64,000 bases of DNA from Octopus vulgaris. Its lineage: Eukaryota. Both the position numbers and the translations under genes were made by a program. The stretch covers positions 55,862,001-55,926,000 of the forward strand of contig OX597826.1 of assembly GCA_951406725.2 (NCBI GenBank), given 5' to 3'. Positions 56,845-64,000 of this stretch are shown here, in pieces. Each line of letters starts with the position of its first letter. The first letter of the stretch is position 1. Under the pieces are notes generated by a model that worked only from the letters and a program-made list of their open reading frames with translations, was not told the origin of the DNA and did not search any database.

Positions 56845-56996
56845 TAATAATAATAAACATAGTAATAATAATCATTTCTGTTACAGGTGTCACCTTAGTC
56901 TGCTGGCTGTTGACAGCTGACACTTTCCATGATGCCCAGCAAAATAAGCTGTGAGTTTTTATATTATAATAATAGTAATTAGTATTATCATTATTA

Positions 56997-57237
56997 CTAG
57001 CAATATCGCCCGGTGTTGCTCGGGTTTGTTTCGACCCTTTAGAATTGGAATTTTTGAAAAGTAAAACTTTCGCATTATGTAGCTTGTTATTCTCTTTACG
57101 TGAACATTTTTCTGGTTGAAATACACCGAAAAATGGCGACACAGCAGTCAAAAAATCGTAAAACATAGGGATTTTCATAGAAAAAAGAACCTTATTGATG
57201 CAAATAATTTTTGATGTTAACATGGTCCGATTTGAAT
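56997..57237 (-). mobile_element. Helitron 3' half (inverted relative to its 5' half)
   Basis: Reverse complement attcaaatcggaccatgttaac...cccgagcaacaccgggcgatattgctag matches 41105-41353. Confidence 0.85.
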
Positions 57238-57790
57238 CTGGAAGACCTGCCACGAGCGTCAGCCCACAAGTGTTGTATTGGGCTTCGAGAAATCATCACC
57301 CAGTGCCAGACGGTCAATCGAGAGTTGTACTGTGACTTTTTGAAGCGTTTGAAGGAGGGCATTCGGTGAAAACGACCGGATCTGTGAAGCGCGAAGTATT
57401 GGATTCTTCACCACGACAATGTACCCTCCCACCGAGCTCTCCTTAATCGTGAGTTTCTCGACAAAAACAACATGGTCTCGAATTAGTACCCGCCGTTTTC
57501 GCTAGATTCAGCGCACCTGCCTACTTGCATCTCTTTGCCAAGACGAAAATGCAGCAGAAAGGTCGCCGTTTTAACATCGTTGAGATCCAGGGCGAATCGC
57601 AGAAGGCACTCAACTTCCTTACTGCAAACGACTTTCAGGCCGGATTCCAAAAATAGCAGGGACGCTGGGACTGGTGCATTGCTGCGCAAGGTCATTATTT
57701 CAAAGGAGATGAAGATAAAAAACTTAGATAAATTATTTATTATTTATTAAACATAACTAGTCTGCGAAACCTTTGATACCATCTCATATA
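57237..57790 (+). pseudogene. Mariner relic (internally deleted): catalytic and C-terminal part plus probable right TIR
   Basis: SGRPATSV, then QTVNRELYCDFLKRLKEGIR*KRPDL..WILHHDNVPSHRALL..; ends aacctttgataccatctcata. Confidence 0.8.
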
Positions 57791-59146
57791 CAGAATATCA
57801 CCACAAAGTCCAGTTCTTATTGCAGTATGGTGGCTTGTGGGCTTCTATAACCCGGAGAGCTACACTAACTGAGCGCATGCTCCTGGTAGGTGTTTCCATG
57901 CTGGACAGATCAAAGGACAGATGCCAAACTATGGACCATCTCTTCCAAGACGTAAAAAAATGCGTTCGCGGAGTGCCAACATCCATTCTTCTGTTTAAAA
58001 AAAAATAACAAAGAAACAGAAGCATCGATGAGAATTTAAAATCAACAAGGCTTGGGAGAGGAAAAGACAAGTCAGAGTTGAGAATAACGAAGAAAAGTAG
58101 CTGATGATTTATGCTCCAAGAAAGGGAAAGCCTTAAGTAAGAGCGTATACGCGGAATAGATAGAAGACAACTATAAGAATCATGATTCCCTTCTCACCAA
58201 TACGGTCGCTAAACGTAAAATGCAATTTCAAATTATTATAGATCTTGAAAACCACACTTTCATTTTGTATCGAATTCGGTTTTTACAAAACGTTTTGCAA
58301 AAGCACAGTTTAACATCAAAGCGGTTTTTAATATTTGAAGAAAAATTTCAGCGGTGTTTTTACAGATTATGTACTAGAAGTAGGAATTTTTCTGCTTCAC
58401 ATAACATTTCTGTAAAACAACTTGTTATTCTCGGGGAAAACTCAACGAATACATTTTTTCTTAGGCATCTTTCATAGAAAAAGGCTTTCTCGGAATCCAG
58501 GGAGCTGAAGTTGGCCCTGAGCTAGAGAAAGACAAACTGAATGTGTATGAGTGAATGAGTTGCGGGATGACCGGCAAATATCATCTTTTTCTTTCAGGTC
58601 TCGATCTCTTTCCAGCAAATCATGGTGTAGAAATTAACGAACATGAAGAACATATCTAAGATGATATCTCTACAACAGAAAAGAGATACCAAAACAACTT
58701 CAATCATTATTGTTGGTTCATATTATGAGACTGATCCAAATCTCATAAAACAAGAGAAAGAAAGAAACGCAGTGATCTTTATTCTCGAAATAACATTTGT
58801 TCTTAAGCAATAAATTCTTACTATTAACTTCGAACAGTTAGGATAAATATTTAGGTACATGGATGGTAAATCAGCCATTGAGCATTTACCGTCTGTCCTA
58901 AAACAGAATAAAGAAAGAATGACATTTCTGTTCAATGTCTTTACAAAGCAGTTACCACTAATTATTAAGGAAGGATTGTAAACTGTGGCCTAACCCAATA
59001 TAAACTACTGGGATGAACCGATGGTGGTATTATGAGAAGAAGGTGGATATGAGAGGGAATTTTAGATTTTATATTTGTATTAAGCCTTACTGAATTAGTA
59101 GCAATTAGTATTTAGTGATTCTCATTCCCGGAATAATTTGTTGCAT

Positions 59147-59430
59147 TGGATCCAAAAGGCATAATAATAAATCGTTACTAATGGATCCAAAATGACTAAT
59201 AATTAAAGCATTATTACCAGCGGGTCCATAATATTTAATAATTAATGAAACGTTACTGGTAGGTCCATAATGCTTAACAATTTATGGATCATTACCAACC
59301 GGTCCATAACATCTAATAACTAGCGGAACGTTACTGGTGGGTTTATAATGTTTAATATTTAATGGCTCATTATCAACGAGTCACTGGTGCTTAATAAATT
59401 ATAGAACGCTATAGTTGGATTTATAATGTC
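59147..59430. repeat. 39-bp minisatellite; related cluster at ~62700-62870
   Basis: The ggtcc(ataa) anchor recurs at 59223, 59262, 59301 and 59340 (variant), a period of 39. Confidence 0.8.
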
Positions 59431-59506
59431 ATATAACATTGATCAATAGCCAAAAATTTCTTTCAAGGGTACATTTGGCGGACAAGAACACACACATTTC
59501 TCATAA

Positions 59507-59564
<58 letters not shown>

Positions 59565-59565
<1 letters not shown>

Positions 59566-59900
59566 AGGGAGGTGCCACCTAGGTAGGCAAGGTAGGCAGT
59601 GCCTACCCTAAATGAAATAGATCAATAGTAACATTTTCCTTTTATGGCAAAATATGCACCTAATTCAATAAATTTATGAAGATTAATTATTATTATGCAT
59701 AAAATGCAATATATATATATTTTTTCTTTTGTAGATTAGGTAGGCATTATTCACTCCTACCTTTCAATCTCACTACTAAAACTCCGCATAGTACTGCTGT
59801 AGTACACGTGCTGCATACATTCCTACAACAACGTTTTCTTTACGCGCTATAAAGGTAGAAGTGAATCTGCGTGTTTTACTACATAAACGTCACCAACTGC
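59565..59900 (+). mobile_element. Possible hAT-like transposon left end
   Basis: Starts CAGGG after (TA)n, with repeated subterminal ggtaggca/tgcctacc motifs. No partner TIR found. Confidence 0.35.
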
Positions 59901-59952
59901 CTGATGTATATATATGTATATATATATGTATATACATATGTATATACATATG

Positions 59953-59991
<39 letters not shown>

Positions 59992-60259
59992 ATATCTATA
60001 TATATATATGTATATATACATATATATATAGCCTCAGTAACTTATTTTTACTGGAATGAGTTAGAAATCATGGTCTACGAACTAAATTAGATGGTAAACG
60101 TTTTTAATTTTCAATCCTTTCGAGAATTTATCCATAATTAGTTGTTTGAGTTTTATACTGTTCTTACTAGCACAAGGCTTTCCTATTTGGAAGCCTCTTA
60201 ATGTGTTCTAATGTACACGATATTTTTATGTATATATATATATATATATATGTGTATAT

Positions 60260-60657
60260 TCTTTTACTTTTTATTTTACTTGTTTCAGTCATTTGACTGC
60301 GGCCATGTTGGAGCATCGCCTTTAGTCGAGCAAATCGACCCCGGGACTTATTCTTTGTAAGCCCAGTATTCTATCGGTCTCTTTTGCCGAACGGGGACGT
60401 AAACATACCAGCATCGGTTGTCAAGCAATGCTAGGGGGACAAACACAGACACACAAACACATACATACACATATATATATACATACATATATTCCACAGG
60501 CTTCTTTCAGTTTCCGTCTACCAAATCCACTTACAAGGCATTGGTCGGCCCGGGGCTATAGCAGGAGACTCTTGGCCAAGATGCCACGCAGTGGGACTGA
60601 ACCCGGAATCATGTGGCTGGTAAGCAAGCTACTTACCACACAGCCACTCCTGCGCCT
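60260..60657 (-). mobile_element. SINE family C
   Basis: Full-length reverse-complement match to 24273-24675. Confidence 0.9.
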
Positions 60658-60668
60658 ACTAAAACTCC

Positions 60669-60729
<61 letters not shown>

Positions 60730-60859
60730 CATATGCATATATGTATGTATGCATGTAAGTCTATAAGTATATATATATATCAAAACACTTTGTTATGTAA
60801 AAGTCGTTCATGCATGTTCAGCTATGTTTGAGAGCATACACTTTACGAAGACAAGCAGT

Positions 60860-61554
60860 AGACATAACATTGAATCTGTTCTTGTTGAAATGGACCACAT
60901 GATTCGTTGAACAAAAAGATACGGTAATGCAGTTTTGATCTACGTATAACACGGAGAAAACAAAGAGTTCATCACACTGAACGCTATTTTGTATAGTGTT
61001 GATATCATTTCGTTTTCAACAAAGAACGAACACAAGATTTCCTCCACACACCTGTATACAACATGGTGATCTATGCGACATAATGAAATAGAGAACGGTG
61101 AAAATGAATTTAGTGTAGGTGTGTTCCCTCCTGCAGATCCTGAGATCTAAGGTTATTCACTCAAGAGTGTTTGCATGGCCTTGTTTGTGACTTATGGCTG
61201 TCTCTAAAACGAAGGGTGAGCATCTCAACTCCAGATGAAAGAAGATAATTTACTTGACCAGAATGTGCAAGTGAGTCGCTATGAAAAGCGAAATTTTAAA
61301 TGGCGCCTCATTATTGATTCATCAAAAAGAAGCTTCAAAGCAGTTCTACTGCTTCGCATGCATTCTCATTCTCAACTCTGTACGCGTAAAAGTGACGTGT
61401 GAAAACATGGGCATCCCATTCTTTAATGCCACCATTCCACGCAGTATTCATCAACGGGATCTTACTATTACTGGCATGATAATTGCCGCGCAAACAGTAT
61501 TTACAAAATACTGTTCTTTCTTAAGGCTATGGGACACACGCTGACTCAGAACCA

Positions 61555-61606
<52 letters not shown>

Positions 61607-62340
61607 GTTACTAACCATTAGTAATGACCCAGTAAAGAACAAAGCCAAATACATATCTGTGGTTGATCTGAAGAAAATATTTCTGTCACCTCTCTACTAA
61701 TTAAACTTAGTTTAACTAAAAATGTTGTTAAAACAATAACTGAAATAAATTCAAGATTTCGTTACTTTTCTTTTAAAATTCTTATATGTTGGTGTGGCAA
61801 AGTTCAAGAAGGATATTTGGTGGAGGTGCAAATCGAGGAGATTTAAAAGCGATATTGAATATGGATAAAGCGCCATTGTACTGGAATTGAAATATTTGCA
61901 GGTTTCTAAATGGTCATTCCAAGTTTCACGGAAATTTGTCAGTGAACAGGTCGCGGTCTCATAGCGACGAAAATATTTTGGTAAATTAAATTTAAAAGTT
62001 GAAGTGAATCTTACGGTTTTTGTGTGTTTCTTAATTGGCTTATAAACACTTTCCACGCTGCAATTAATAAATCATTTGAATGAAATGGTGTAAATGAGAG
62101 CCTTAGTTATGCCAATGCAGAAACTGGTTGTCGGAAGTCGTAAGTCAGTTAAAATAAACCTCCTATCTTATCATCTAGGCGCGATAAGCAATGAGCAAAG
62201 AGAATGTTTCCATTCAATTATTCTTCCTTTGAAAAGACGATACTCGGGGTGAGCGAATGAAGTTATGATGGATGCCCAATGTTGGATGTGACATCGTGAC
62301 GACCCCAGACGAAATTTATAAAATAAAATCATATTCAAGG
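60860..62340 (+). pseudogene. Chapaev3-like (CMC superfamily) transposase relic, heavily decayed and interrupted
   Basis: Ordered fragments: LFTQECLHGLVCDLWLS (~61160), KWRLIIDSSKRSFKAVLL (~61300), VVDLKKIFLSPL.IKLSLTKNVVK (~61660), LGAISNEQRECFH..RRYSG..MMDAQCW..RDDP (~62175-62310). These match recalled motifs WRLFIDSSKRSLKAVLLH, LLPPLHIKLGLMKNFVK and SDEHGERFHQ. Confidence 0.75.
61933..61987 (+). ncRNA. Minimal hammerhead-like motif, G3:C8 core variant, within a Penelope-like fragment (~61895-62068)
   Basis: Stem I aatttgtca/tggtaaatt; GTGAACA plus one extra G; stem II gtcgc-ggtctcata-gcgac; GAAA; palindromic aatatt; UUU triplet. Confidence 0.5.
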
Positions 62341-63202
62341 GCGCTTTTCAAAATTTCCGTAAAATATATTCTTCCATAAGACGGGAATATTTGAATAGAA
62401 ACAATATGAATCTTGCTAGCTTCGAGGAGCACTAGCCATAAAAAGCGGTAGAAGAGGCAGAGAGAGAAGAGAGCTTGTTTGTGGACCAGGTGCTGGAGTA
62501 TGTTCATATACCAGCTGCTCGTTTTCTGGATCTTGTCTAGAATATCTGTACGTATGTAAAGGAAAAGTGCTATTCCAGCAATACTACTTAAACATCGAGG
62601 AAGCCGAGAAAATAAAACTACCATATTCCGTACAGTAGACGAGCTGAGGGAAAACTAAAATCAGATTTGTAATCAGCGTCGAGAACGCATTCAGAAAATC
62701 CTCATAATAGTTAATGGGTCGTTTTTCATAGGTTCATAATATATAAGAGCTCATGTATCATTACCAATGGTTCCTGTGTTTAATCGATTGTTATCAATGG
62801 GTCCATAACGCATTATAATTAATGGATTGTTACAGATGAATTCATGATGTTTAATGGGTCGTTACTATTAGAGGATGGATAGTCATACAGTGTGTCAAAT
62901 ATATGAGCTAGGTGAAACCCTTGGCTCTACAGATTAACTCAGATAAGGAGAAGCAAATCTATGGTTCAGAGAAATTAAGTGATATGATCCCCAACTGGTA
63001 TCGAACTGCTATCGATGATTTAACATGGCAGAAGCTTTACCACCACTCAACGGATTTCGTGTCAAACATCATTAGAAGCACGCGACTAAATGTTAATTAC
63101 TTTATACTCTATACACGGAAACAATATATCACCTTCGCAATCAGGTTGTAGTTATATGCATAGATTACATATACTCACACATACGTACAAACATGCATAA
63201 AT

Positions 63203-63261
<59 letters not shown>

Positions 63262-63357
63262 TATGTATGTATATATTTTTATATATATAAATAAATATAT
63301 GTATATGTATACATATATACACATATATACATGAATGTATGAATGGGATATACTTAC

Positions 63358-63403
<46 letters not shown>

Positions 63404-64000
63404 ACATATATACGTGTATGCATGCGCACACGGCGGGTATGTGTATGTATACAAGCATAATAAATACACATATATCTATTCATAGTTGCATATATATGTA
63501 TGGGACTGTGTCTGTATACCCACCCATCCACACATATACACACACACACACGCGCGCGCGTGCGTGCATATATACCTAGATATACACATAGCAACCATGT
63601 AAATGAAAAAAAAAATGAGTAGAAATGTAAAATACGGTTGAGAATACGATATCAATTAATCTTGATATCGCACATTTTTTTTTTGTTCCCCTTTATTAGA
63701 ACAATAGTCACAACAAGCGAAGCGTGTTATCATGAGATAAATGTCATATCAGAATGGGAGAGAGATATTGGTGAGATAAACGTGTGGCTTAACCATGCGT
63801 GGTATTAAGACAAAACTAGAATTCCGCATAAAAATAACCGCTAGTCAATTCTTATCTGGCTAAATATTTCTAGCCATTAGTCAATGAGAATGTATACATG
63901 TGTGTGTGTGTGTGTGTGTGCGTGTGTATGTGTGAGAGAGAGCGTGATTATAGATGTATATAAGTATAAATATGTGTGTGCGTGTGTATGTGTATGATGT

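Noticed and set aside
58500-59000. Possible LINE apurinic endonuclease relic (..SIIIVGSY..)
   Set aside because: Too decayed; no GDFN or SDH motif readable by eye.
61810-61890. ILNMDKAPLYW resembling a pogo NMDET motif
   Set aside because: The same bases fit the Chapaev3 AKLKEGIFVGPQIR region in other frames, in the expected order.

Overview
AT-rich, microsatellite-saturated metazoan non-coding DNA. The SINE families and repeat landscape look like an Octopus (coleoid cephalopod) genome; this is recalled resemblance, not a database search. I see no supportable host protein-coding exon, rRNA, true tRNA gene or CRISPR array, and almost all listed ORFs are translations of (TA)n, (CA)n, (GATA)n, (TAA)n, (GAT)n or (CTT)n tracts. 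The window is a mobile-element graveyard: about 40 copies of five tRNA-derived SINE families, one near-full-length DD34D mariner (15082-16368), two further mariner relics, a Chapaev3-like relic, non-autonomous Helitrons, a Tc2-like MITE, and R4/Dong, Tx1/L1-like, RTE and Penelope-like fragments. The most notable signals are (1) several hammerhead-ribozyme folds in Penelope-like terminal fragments, with covarying core pairs C3:G8, U3:A8 and G3:C8; (2) a ~1.2 kb inversion whose two breakpoints each cut both a Helitron and a mariner; (3) different retroelements each occupying a different microsatellite type; and (4) a SINE sharing its 3' tail with a Tx1-like LINE.
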